From positions 9,868,062-9,914,436 of the forward strand of contig NC_057750.1 of NCBI RefSeq assembly GCF_004010195.1: DNA of 46,375 bases, read 5' to 3'. The position numbers and the translations under genes are program-made. Of the stretch, positions 13,000 through 23,610 are shown piece by piece. Below the pieces are notes generated by a model that made no database searches, had not been told where the DNA came from, and was given only the letters and a program-made list of their open reading frames with translations. This DNA is from Chiloscyllium plagiosum (taxonomy: Eukaryota). Positions within the stretch are counted from its first letter, which is position 1. Every line of letters starts with the position of its first letter.

Positions 13000-14800
13000 C
13001 TTCTCTTCGGTGATGGTTAGTCCTATGGAAGGTGAATTTGGGGCATTGAGAATGGAACATAAGGAGACAGCAGATGAATTCAACAGGTATTTTTCAACAG
13101 CCTTCATCCCAGACAATGCAGATAACATACCAAAAATAGCTACAAACCTGGAACTGGAAAGGAGAGAGGAACATAAGAAAATTATAAATCACCAGGGAAG
13201 TGGTTCTGAGCAAATTGTTGGAGCTGTGGATCCTGATGAACTTCATCCTAGGGTCTTAAACGTAGCAGCTAACTAGATGTTTAATGGACTGGTTTTAATA
13301 ATATATCCCCTAAACCTTGGGATGCTTCCATTAGATTGGTAAATAGCAAATTTTATTCAGACATAGAGTGAGACAGAAAGCAGGAAACAACAAATCAATT
13401 AGCTTAATGTGTATCATGGGGAAGATGTTAGAAGTTATTATTAAATGTATCATACTTGGGAACATCAAAAAAAATACAAGGCAATCGGGTAAAGAACCAA
13501 CTTATGGGAGCTTTTGAGGAAGTACATGAACTGCGGATAAATTTACTCAGTGAATATATTCAGACTTCCAGAAGATTGTTTAAGACATTCTACATCAAAA
13601 TTATTGCAGAAGATAGAAGTTTATGGTGCGTGTGTGTGTTGGGGCAGGGGGGGGTAGTTTAGGTTTAACATATTGGCATGAAGAGAAGATATGCATTATA
13701 ACTGGAGTCAGAATCGGCATAAGTGGATCATTTTCTGGACGGCAAGACAACAAATAGTGCGCCACAGAAATCAGTGCTAGAGCCTCAATATTTTACAATT
13801 TATACAAACTTCTCAGATGAAGGAACCAAAGGTATCGTTGTTAAATTTGCTGATCACACAAAGATAGGTAGGGAAGTAAATTTTGAAGATGGCATAAGAA
13901 AGCTCCAAAGAGATATAGACAGTGTGTGGAAAAATATGGCAATTGGAGTATCTTATGGGAAAATGCGAAATTGCCTTTTTTGGCAGGAAGAATAAGAAAA
14001 ATTATCTAAATGATGAGAGATTGTACAGCTGAGGTTCAGAAGGATCTGGATGCCCTACTACATGAATCGCAAAATGTTTGTATGCAGGACCAGCTAACAA
14101 TCAGGAAATTAATACAGTGTCATTGTTTATTACGAAGGGAATATTGAATACAAAAGTATGGAGGTTTTGTTTCATTTATACAGGTTGAGACCACATCAGC
14201 TTTCTGCAGGAACCAAAGGTATCGTTGGTTCTCCCGAACCCAGGAACCATAAGTTGAACTAGGGTGGACTTTGTCTTTTACTTTTTACCTTCTGTCAAAA
14301 TACAACACACCATGGCAATATGGCATATAAATACTTTTTGCTGCAGTTTTTAAATAAAAATACAAGTGATAAAAATAACTTCTCTATTCAGCCTGGAGTA
14401 CTGTGTACAGTTTGGTTTCCTTATTACAGAATATAAATCTGTTAGCAGTTCAGTGAAGGTTTACCAGACCCAAATCTGGAATGGGGTGGGGGTTGTCTTA
14501 GACTGAAAGGTTGGACAGTTTAGGCTTGTATCCACTGGAGCTTAAAAGAGTAAAAGGCAATTTATTTTGAAACGTAAAGATCCTGAAAGAGTTTAACAGG
14601 GTGGCTGGGGAAAAGGAGATTCTTTCTTTTGGAAGAATCGATAACTAAGGTAAGCCATTGAAAACAGTTTTTTTTTAAATAACGGGAGGTTGAAAATTTT
14701 TGGGATTCACTTCCTCAAAATATGCGAAAGCAGCGACTGAATCTTTTAAAGGCAGAAGTCGATAGAAGGTGGTGAAAGGTTATCAGGGATAGTTCAAATA
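13000..14800 (+). mobile_element. Decayed CR1 LINE ORF2 (RT region) with an internal insertion at ~14198-14392
   Basis: Fragments ETADEFNRYFSTAF, DPDELHPRVL, PQKSVLEPQYFTIYTN...VVKFADHTKIG (degenerate PQGSVLGP / FADDTK). Confidence 0.85.
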
Positions 14801-15174
14801 AATGGAACATAAAACTCAGAATTAAAATTAACACCACCAATTGCCATTTGCAAGGAGAGTGTTCCAAATTTCCTTTGATTGCGTAAATGTTTGCTAACTT
14901 CTCTCCTAAAGATCTGGCTTTAATGTTTTTGGTTATGACCCAGAAGCTTAGATTTCTGATGGTAATGGAGTCTGCATGCCGTTTGACAAATTTGATTGAA
15001 ACAGTCCTTATCTTCAGAATCTGAAGGAATGGAATCCCAGTGTTTCTTTTTTATTGATGGGATGTTGGCAGCATTAGCAATGCCAGCATTTGTTGCCCAT
15101 CGCTAATTGCCTCTTGAACTGAGTGGCTTGCCAGGGAAATCACAGGTAGCAAGGCCTGCATTTTACCATCAGGA

Positions 15175-15410
15175 AAAACTGCAGATGCTGGAAATCAGAA
15201 ACAAAAACAACGACTGCTGGAAAGGTTCAGCAGGTTTGTGGAGAGAAATCAGAGTTAACGTTTTGGGTCAGGTGACCCTTCCTCAGAACTGATGAGCTCT
15301 GTGGGCAGCAGTTCTGAGGCAGGGTAGCTGGACTCGAAATGTTAACTCTTGATTTCTCTCCACAGATGCTACCAGACCTGCTGAGCGTTTCCAGCAATTT
15401 CAGTTTTGAA
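15175..15410. repeat. Fold-back Penelope-terminus-like element
   Basis: Arms CTGCTGGAAAGGTTCAGCAGGTTTGTGGAGAGAAATCAGAGTTAACG / GTTAACTCTTGATTTCTCTCCACAG...CCTGCTGAGCGTTTCCAGCA around an inner hairpin CCTCAGAACTG...CAGTTCTGAGG. Confidence 0.7.
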
Positions 15411-15413
15411 TCT

Positions 15414-15818
15414 GTATTTGATCATTCCTAATTGCCCTAGGAACTGAGTGGCATGGCTAGGGGCCAATGCAGGTGGCCAGGGCAGTATTTGATCATTCCT
15501 AATTGCCCCAGGAACTGAATGGCATGGCCAATACCAATGCAGGTGGCCAGGGCAGTATTTGATCATTCCTAATTGCCCCAGGAACTGAATGGCATGGCCA
15601 AGACCAATGCAGGTGGCCAGGGCAGTATTTGATCATTCCTAATTGCCCCAGGAACTGAATGGCATGGCTAGGAGCCAATGCAGGTGGCCAGGGCAGTATT
15701 TGATCATTCCTAATTGCCCCAGGAACTGAGTGGCATGGCTAAGACCAATGCAGGTGGCCAGGGCAATATTTGATCATTCCTAATTGCCCCAGGAACTGAG
15801 TGGCATGGCTAGGGGCCA
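15414..15818. repeat. Minisatellite, 70-71 bp unit, ~5.7 copies
   Basis: Unit GTATTTGATCATTCCTAATTGCCCCAGGAACTGA(A/G)TGGCATGGC...CCAATGCAGGTGGCCAGGGCA starts at 15414, 15485, 15555, 15625, 15696 and 15766. Confidence 0.95.
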
Positions 15819-15859
15819 TTTCAACTGACAGGTAAGAACCAACCATATCTCTGAGGGCC

Positions 15860-16610
15860 CGGAGTCACGTGCAGGCCCAGACTGAGATGAGGATGGGGCA
15901 GATTTCCTTTCCCTACGCGGGGCTCGATCGATTGACGGTCACCGTGACCGAGAAATCCCAGATCGTGCGTTACCATTAAAGGGGGAGGGGAGGGGAGGTG
16001 CAATCCGATGGATATCCTTCTTTCGGGAGGAGGTTGTTGTTGTTGTTGTTGGGTGGACGGGGCATTCGGCCAGTGGTTAGGCTCAAATACTGCCCCCTCG
16101 CCCCCCGCCCCATTCCTGAACCGAGAGGGGTCGTGTGTTTTCCCACAGCCCGGCCCGTTCCTCACCTCACCGTTCGCCGTCGCCGGCCTCAGCGCTACCT
16201 CACTGCCCCGCGCCGCCATCTTGCCAGCGCCCGCAACAACCAACTGCGGGACTTGGGCTCCCTCCCCTCCCCCGGGGGTCAAACGGGAATCTCGCGCGTG
16301 ACCTCCCAGCGCGAGACGAGAAGACAACGGGGGGGGCGGAATAACCGCGTGAGGAATAGGGCCGCGCCATCATTGATCCTGGCGGAATCCCCTTCCCTCC
16401 CTCCCTCTCTTCTCTCACACGCCTCGGCGCTGCCCTCTGCCAGGACCAGTCGGCACATTACAGTCACGCAGCAGGGGGAGGGGGAGGGGATCGACTCTTC
16501 GGCCCAACCGGTCCATGCCGACCCATGATCCCAAACGAAACGAGCACCCCCTCCCCCCAAAAAAAACATTTCTTATTTGGGTGTGCTCGCCTTTAAAATT
16601 GCGTGCAATT
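15860..16610. promoter_or_regulatory. CpG island / promoter
   Basis: Abrupt GC- and CpG-rich non-repeat segment in an otherwise CpG-poor window. YY1-type motif GCCGCCATCTTG (16212-16223), GC box GGGGGCGGA (~16332-16340), 8-bp inverted repeat TCTCGCGC...GCGCGAGA (16290-16316). Confidence 0.85.
16166..16219 (-). CDS. Probable first coding exon of an unidentified gene (MAARGSEVALRPATANGE)
   Basis: CAAGATGGCGGCG start (strong Kozak, YY1-overlapping, typical housekeeping MAA start) inside the CpG island, followed by GAG|GTGAGG donor (intron starts 16165); alternative donor ACG|GTGAGG at 16170. No downstream exon identified. Confidence 0.55.
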
Positions 16611-16914
16611 CTGGCCACCCTGTTGTGCGAAAAGAGGCACACAGCACAGAAACAGACCCTTCGGCCCAACTCGTCCATGCCGCCCCATCATCCCAAATTA
16701 AATTAGTCCCAACTTGCCCGCTCCTGGCCCAGGTCCCTCCAAATATTTCGTATTAATGCACTTATTTTTTAAACTGTGTGCAATTCCGCTCTCCCTGCTG
16801 CGGGAAGGATGCTGTGAAACCTTCCCAATAAACCTGTTGAACAATAATTTGGTCTTGTGTGATTTTTCACTTTGTCTATCCCAGTCCAACATCGGCACCT
16901 CCCCATTGTGAAAC

Positions 16915-17665
16915 TTAGAGTCATAGAGATGTACAGCATGGAAACAGCCCCTTCTGTCCAACTTGTCCACATTGACCAGATATCTTAATCTAGTCCCATT
17001 TGCCAGCACTTGGCCCATACCCATCCAAGTGCCTTTTAATGTTGTCATTGTACCAGCCTACACCACCTCCTCTGGCAGCTCATTCCATAGGGTCCCTTTT
17101 AAATCTTTCCTCTCACAACCTCCAGTTCTGGACTCCCCCAATCCAGGGAAAATACCTTGTCTATTTACCCCATCCATGCCCCTTATGATTTGAAAGGGTT
17201 CAGAAAAGATTTACTAGCATATTGACATGGTTGGAGGGTTTGAGCTACAGGGAGAGGCTGAATTATGCTGCAGCTATTTTCCCTGGGCCGTCTGAGGTTG
17301 GGGGGTGACCTTGTAGAGGTTTATAAAATCGTGAGAGGCACGAATAGGGTGAATGGCTAAAGATTTTCCCCTGGGTGGGGGAGTCGTAGAGGGCATAGGT
17401 TTAAGGTGAGAGGGGAAAGTTTTAAAAGGGCCCTAAGGGGCAACTTTTTCACACAGAGTGTGGTGCTTGTATGGAATGAGCTGCCAGAGTAAGTGGTGGA
17501 GGCTGGTACAATTACAACATTTAAAAGGCATCTGGATGGGTATATGAATAGGAAGGGTTTGGAGGGATATGGGATTAGATTGATTTAGGATATTGGGTCA
17601 GCATGGACAGGTTGGACTGAAGGGTCTGTTTCCATGCTGTACAGCTTTATGACTATGATTCTATG
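16915..17665. mobile_element. Two CR1 3' fragments in opposite orientation (- at ~16915-17190, + at ~17193-17665)
   Basis: Reverse tail AGAGTCATAGAGATGTACAGCATGGAAACAG at 16917 and forward tail GTCTGTTTCCATGCTGTACAGCTTTATGACTATGATTCTATGA ending ~17666. Confidence 0.85.
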
Positions 17666-17733
17666 ACATTATAACTGTACCCGCATCAACTACTTCCTCT
17701 TGAAGATCATTATCTTATTATCCAGATTTAAGC

Positions 17734-18363
17734 TGAAAAATTTACTGCATTCGCTGCACCCGATGTGGCCTCCTCTACATTGGGGAGACAGGCCGCCTAC
17801 TTACGGAACGTTTCAGAGAACACCTCTGGGACACCCGCACCTACCAACCCAACCACCCCGTGGCTGAACACTTTAACTCCCCCTCCCACTCCGCCAAGGA
17901 CATGCAGGTCCTTGGCCTCCTCCATCGCCAGACCATGGCAACATGACGCCTGGAGGAAGAGCACCTCATCTTCCCCCTAGGAACCCTCCAACCACAAGGG
18001 ATGAATGCAGATTTCTCCAGCTTCCTCATTTCCCCTCCCCCCACCTTATCTCAGTCCCAACCCTCGGACTCAGCACCACCTTCTTGACCTGCAATCTTCT
18101 TCCCGACCTCTCCGCCCCCACCCCCTCTCCGGCCTATCACCCTCACCTTAACCTCCTTCCACCTATCACATTCCCAATGCTCCTCCCGCAAGTCCCTCCT
18201 CTCTACCTTTTATCTTAGCCTGCCTGGCACACCTTCCTCATTCCTGAAGAAGGGCTTATGCCCGAAACGTCGATTCTCCTGCTCCTTGGATGCTGCCTGA
18301 CCTGCTGCGCTTTTCCAGCACCACATTTTTCAGGTCTGATCTCCAGCATCTGCAGTCCTCACT
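17734..18363 (+). mobile_element. Penelope-like element (Neptune-like) 3' fragment with GIY-YIG remnant and hammerhead core; 16-bp TSD
   Basis: From 17740: IYCIRCTRCGLLYIGETGRLLTERFREHL...HPVAEHFN...*RLEEEHLIFPLGTLQPQGMN (one in-frame TGA). Flanked by TTATCCAGATTTAAGC at 17718-17733 and 18364-18379. Confidence 0.9.
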
Positions 18364-18384
18364 TTATCCAGATTTAAGCAAAGT

Positions 18385-18765
18385 ATGGCAGAAGCTGAAA
18401 AAAAAATTGAAATGAGAACAGAGAGTGCTGGAGAAACTCTGCAGCATCTGTGCACAGAGAGTAAGTACCAAGGAAACTGTGCAGGTCTGGCAGCATCTGT
18501 GAAGAGAGAAACAGAGTTAACGTTTCGAGTCTGGTGTGACTTCACTGTTCTGATGAAGGGTCACTCCACCCAAAACACTAACTCTGATTTCTCTCCACGG
18601 ATGCTGCCAGACATGCTGAACTTTTCCAGCAATTTCTGTTTTGTCTCTGATTTACAGCATCCATACTTTTTTTTTCCCAGTTTTTATGACTCCAGTGTTC
18701 TGAAGGGGGGGTCATTGGACTCAAAATGTTAACTCTTTCTCTCTCTCTCTCTCCACAGATGCTGC
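18385..18765. repeat. Cluster of nested fold-back Penelope-terminus-like repeats
   Basis: Repeated GCAGGTCTGGCAGCATCTGTG / CTCTCCAC(A/G)GATGCTGC arms with decayed CTGATGAAGGG cores near 18550 and 18700. Confidence 0.6.
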
Positions 18766-19175
18766 AAGAAAAGAAAACAGGTTAGGCATATGGATTTCAG
18801 TGGGCTTGGTTCATGTTTTCTAAATGATTAAAGTAATTAAAACTGAGTTCATAGCGTTGCTGCTGCTGCTGTTCACAGATGTTCAATTAGTAACATGTTA
18901 AAGGAGTGAATAAATGTCTGATCACATACTAACTGTAATTGTCATTGCATGATTTCACAAAAGTTGAAAAACCTGCAGTTGAGCAATTTTGCTTGAGCTT
19001 TCATGCTAGGCTACCATTTATTTGCCTATCCTTAATTGTCCTTTAAGAAAGTAACAGCAGTGAGATGAATTTGTGAACTGCTGCAGTTCATTTGTTGTCG
19101 GTAGACCCTCAATAGTATTAGGAAGGGAGTTCCAGGATTTTGACCCAGCGACAGTGACATAACTGCTGGTATATT

Positions 19176-19322
19176 CCCTGATGAGGGGCTTTATTCCTGA
19201 TGAAGGGCTTTTGCCTGAAACGTCGATTTTATTGCTCCTCAGATGCTGCCTGAACTGCTGTGCTCTTCCAGCACCACCATATCCAGAATCTGGTTTCCAG
19301 CATCTGCAGTCATTGTTTTTAC
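19176..19322 (+). mobile_element. Short Penelope-derived insertion with hammerhead core; 10-bp TSD
   Basis: CTGGTATATT at 19166-19175 and 19323-19332; core CTGATGA-A-GGGC-TTTT-GCCT-GAAAC-GTC at 19197-19224. Confidence 0.8.
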
Positions 19323-19769
19323 CTGGTATATTTCGAAGTCAGGTTGGTGAGTGGCTTGGAGGAGAATGTGCAGATGTGTGCTGCACCTCATGTGTCTGCT
19401 GGTCTTGTCAGACACTTAACCAAATTTCACATAATTTCTCTGCTTTTCAACTTGTGAGATTTAATTTGTGCATATGTACCATCCTGCATCAAATATTCTT
19501 TTTGTGATCTGTATATCCATATCCCCTCGACTCCTTTGCTTTCTCTACGACAGATTTACTTTCCAAGGTAAAAGCAAAATACTGCAGATGCTGGTAATCT
19601 GAAACAAACACAGGAGCGTGCTGGAGAAACTCCACAGGTCTGGCAGCATCTGTGGAGAAATAAATAGAGTTAATATCATGCCAGACACGAAACGTTAAGT
19701 CTTGATTTTCTCTCCACAAATGCTGCCAGACTTGCTGAGCTTCTCCAGTGTTTTGTTAGAATCATTGAA

Positions 19770-20070
19770 TTCCAGCAGTATGGAAGCAGACCATTCAGTC
19801 CATCGAGTCCACACCTCCCCTCTGTAGAGCATCCCACCCAATCCCTACATTTCCCATGGCTAATCCACTCAGCTTGCACATCCCTGGACACTATGGGGCA
19901 ACTTAGCATGGCCAATCCAACTAACCTGCACATCTTTGGACCATGGGAGGAAACCCACGCTGACACATGGGGAGAACATGCAAACTCCATACAGACAATA
20001 ACCTGATACTGGAACAGAACACAGGTCCCTGGTGCTGTGAGGCAGTAGTGCTAACCACTGACCCACCATA
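19770..20070 (-). mobile_element. HE1/V-SINE
   Basis: Head ATGGTGGGTCAGTGGTTAGCACTACTGCCTCACAGCACCAGGGACC, V-domain and CR1-like tail. Confidence 0.8.
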
Positions 20071-21446
20071 TTGTCAAGTAGTAGAGTAGTCCCTCAGTAT
20101 AGCATTGGAAATCTTTGTTCTGAAGCCCTAGAGTGGGACTAGAACCTGAAATGTAGAGGTAAGAGTGCAATTAACTGAGCAAAGATGGACAGTAATTCTC
20201 TGTACTTGTTTATTTTCTAAGGGCTGTACATCTCTATGACTCTATGAGCAGTTATTCCTTCCGTTACAATGCACATTTGTCTATATTGAAATTTATTTGT
20301 CATTGACTCAGCCATTCTGTAACTTTGTTAATATATTTTATTGCATACCCCAATTCCCTTTCTTAAATTTCGATACCGTACCAATACAATTCAAATCATT
20401 TATGTAAACAGTGAGTAACAGGGGTTCCTTGCGCCTTCCCCTGTTGTACAGTACTCCTCCGTTCACCTTTAACCCCTCCTTTTTAAATTCTCTGCCTGAA
20501 GGCTGGTCCTAACCCAAGTACCATAATACCCCCATTGGTAGGAAAAGATGGTAGGTCCCAAAATCTACCCCAGAGGAAACAAAGATCAAAACATATGCTT
20601 TTGGTAACAATTAGAGCTACACTGGCTGGCCATCCACTGGCCTCCATCAAGGACTGATAGGTAACTGTGGCAATACATCTCACCTGTTGTAGTCCAGTGC
20701 TATGATCTGCCTCCAATATTCTTTCCATTATAATTGGCTAACTAAGAACCTCTCCAGTCTTACTATCTGCCATCTGAAGGACTTACGTGTTGAAACTCAC
20801 CCTGTTTGGGTTGCATTCTGAAAGCACCTTCCTTAGCCTGGGATGGTACCTGAAGCTACAGATTCTGACTCAGATGTTACCCATTGCAAGACCATAACCC
20901 CAAACCTCTGTTTCTGTTTTGTAGTCTGTTTGTTCTCAATTTGGCCCTATATCCCACCTTCGCTGATGAAGGCACTTAGAGCAACTATTGCAACTTGTGA
21001 GGTTTCAATGTGACATTTCAGCAAACAGTTTACAATAAAACCCACATATGCTAGATCCCAAAGCCAAGTTCGTTGTTCAACATGGATAATGATCCTTGAC
21101 TGCAATCTTTTCTTTCTAGCATAGCAAGAACAGCATAACACCAAGTAATGCCAATATCGCTTTGGAATAAAGAAAAACACTAAAAACATTTAGAGAATTC
21201 TTCTTTAAAGATTGTAATCTTTCAATTCACAGCTATGTGATTCTTTAAACAATTCATTCTCCGTGTGGAATGAACTCCTACAGAAGGTGATGGATGCGGC
21301 TCCAGTTACAACGTTGAAAAGACATTTGGATAAGTCCATGAGTAGGCAATGTTTGGAGGGATATGGGCCAAGTGCGGGCAGGTGGTACTAGTTTAGTTTG
21401 GGAACATGTTCGGCATGGACTAGTTGGACCAAAGGGTCTGTTTCCG

Positions 21447-22369
21447 CTGTTGTGGTTCTGTTCGCCGAGCTGGGAATTTGTGTTGCAAACGTTTCGTCCC
21501 CTGTCTAGATGACATCCTCAGTGCTTGGGAGCCTCCTGTGAAGCGCTTCTGTGATTTTTCCTCCGGCGTTTGTAGTGGTTTGAATCTGCCGCTTCCGGTT
21601 GTCAGTTCCAGCTGTCCGCTGCAGTGGCCAGGATATTGGGTCCAGGTCGATGTGCTTATTGATAGAATCTGTGGATGAGTGCCATGCCTCTAGGAATTCC
21701 CTGGCTGTTCTCTGTTTGGCTTGTCCTATAATAGTAGTGTTGTCCCAGTCGAATTCATGTTGCTTGTCATCTGCGTGTGTGGCTACTAAGGATAGCTGGT
21801 CGTGTCGTTTCGTGGCTAGTTGGTGTTCATGGATACGAATCGTTAGCTGTCTTCCTGTTTGTCATATATAGTGTTTGTGCAGTCCTTGCATGGGATTTTG
21901 TACACTACATTGGTTTTGCTCATGCTGGGTATCGGGTCCTTCGTTCTGGTGAGTTGTTGTCTGAGAGTGGCTGTTGGTTTGTGTGCTGTTAAGAGTCCTA
22001 GTGGTCACAGTAGTCTGGTTGTCAGTTCGGAAATGCTCTTGATGTATGGTAACGTGGCTCCTATTATAGGACAAGCCAAACAGAGAACAGCCAGGGAATT
22101 CCTAGAGGCATGACACTCATCCACAGATTCAATCAATAAGCACATCGACCTGGACCCAATATACCAATTACTGCAGTGGACAGCTGGAACTGACAGATTC
22201 AAACCACTACAAATGCCAGAGGAAAGATCACAGAAGCGCTTCACAGGAGGCTCCTAAGCACTGAGGATGTCACTAGACAGGGGACGAAATGTCTGCAACA
22301 CAAATTCCCAGCTTGGCGAACAGAACCACAACAACGAGCACCCGAGCTACAAATCTTCTCCCAAACTTT
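21447..22369. mobile_element. Penelope-like element (Poseidon-like) with internal inversion, inserted in a CR1 tail; 12-bp TSD
   Basis: Left part (-) and right part (+, from ~22057) share ~280 bp as inverted repeats; GIY-YIG-region remnant IIGQAKQRTAREFLEA. GGTCTGTTTCCG at 21435-21446 and 22370-22381; the CR1 tail resumes TGCTGTATAACTCAATGAC. Confidence 0.9.
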
Positions 22370-22861
22370 GGTCTGTTTCCGTGCTGTATAACTCAATGAC
22401 ACTTATAGAAAGAGGGCGTCTTTCTAAAGATAATATTTATTGTCCATCCTTAATTGGTCTTGAGAAGTTGGTGATGAGTCATTTCCTTAAACTGCTGCAA
22501 TCATCGATTGTAGGAACACCCACACTCCCACCAGGGAGGGAGCACCAAGAGTTTGGCACAATGACAGTGACGGGAATGCTGATATAGTTCAACGTCAGGA
22601 TTGTGTATGGCTTGGAAGGGAATGAGCAGAGAGTGGTGTTCCTCATTATCTGCTGTCCCTGTCCTTTTAGGTGGTAGGGGCCACATTTATTAATTGGTGA
22701 GCCTCACCTTCAATATGGTTTGCTTGCTTGACCAATTCAATTAAGAGTGAACCACATGGTAGGTCTGGAATCAAACATCGGCGAGGGAACATGAGGGTAT
22801 CAGATTTCCTTCTCTTGCATTAGCCAACCAGATGGATTTTCTTTGACAATCAATGACATAT

Positions 22862-23007
22862 TCCAACAGGTTTAATTGGAAGCACACTAGCTTTCGAAGC
22901 ACCGCTCCGAAAGCTAGTGTGCTTCCAATTAAACCTGTTGGACTATAACCTGGTGTTGTGTGATTTTTAACTTTGTCCACCCCAGTTCAACACTGGCATC
23001 TCCAAAT
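22862..23007. mobile_element. Penelope-terminus-like insertion with a perfect 35-bp inverted repeat
   Basis: TCCAACAGGTTTAATTGGAAGCACACTAGCTTTCG (22862-22896) and its exact reverse complement (22908-22942). Near-TSD AATGAC(A/G)TATTC at 22852-22863 and 23008-23019. Related fragment at ~16825-16905. Confidence 0.75.
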
Positions 23008-23178
23008 AATGACGTATTCGTGATCATCAATACTAGCCTTTGATTGCGCCCTCCAAATTTATGTAACTGAAACTCTTCAACTGCTGTGGTGGGATTTGAA
23101 CTAATGTTCCAACCATCAGTCCTGGATACTTCTCCAATTCCATATTCACAACAGTACTACATTTTCATACATGTAATT

Positions 23179-23184
23179 TTTATT
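23179..23184 (-). promoter_or_regulatory. SDHAF1 polyadenylation signal AATAAA
   Basis: TTTATT on + strand about 170 nt downstream of the SDHAF1 stop codon. Confidence 0.6.
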
Positions 23185-23352
23185 GAAATATTAATGGAAC
23201 CATTCCAAACTAGTTCATTGCATTGTATTTACATCCTGTGGCTTAACTCATTTAATTTACAACCTTGCACTATTGTGGATAAATATTACAATAATCCAAA
23301 CATTAAGTCTTCAGGGCAGCTCTTATTGCTATCACAGCGAGTCTTTCAATTT

Positions 23353-23610
23353 TTATGGCTCAAAATTCTTTTGATTGAATTTACTGAAAGCTGCCAGTTG
23401 CTTGGTGTTGGAATTCCTGAGCAGTTCTAACTGCCTCTGCCCTCTTCGCAATAAATACTCGATGTGCATAACATCAGTCCTGGGTATTTCGGAGTTCCTG
23501 CGAAATTCACTGCAAACCAGAGGCAAGAATCCCGGTTTCCCCTTGGCAGCTCGGAGAAATTGTTTGTAAAGACTTAAGACTTGTTTCTGCAGCTTGCTGT
23601 GTCTAACCAT
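23353..23610 (-). CDS. SDHAF1: Succinate dehydrogenase assembly factor 1 (LYRM8), 85 aa, single coding exon
   Basis: MVRHSKLQKQVLSLYKQFLRAAKGKPGF...EFRRNSEIPRTDVMHIEYLLRRGQRQLELL: LYR-family LYK motif and the IEYLxRRGxRQL motif typical of SDHAF1. Strong Kozak context (GCCATGG). Confidence 0.96.
   Translation of the reverse strand: MVRHSKLQKQVLSLYKQFLRAAKGKPGFLPLVCSEFRRNSEIPRTDVMHIEYLLRRGQRQLELLRNSNTKQLAAFSKFNQKNFEP

Noticed and set aside
15414..15818. CRISPR-like regular repeat
   Set aside because: Contiguous tandem units with no unique spacers, no cas genes, eukaryotic context.
15821..16569. Several 70-176 aa ORFs including polyQ/polyC/polyL tracts
   Set aside because: Stop-poor CpG island; the tracts come from a (GTT)6 microsatellite at ~16033-16050 that lies past the putative splice donor.
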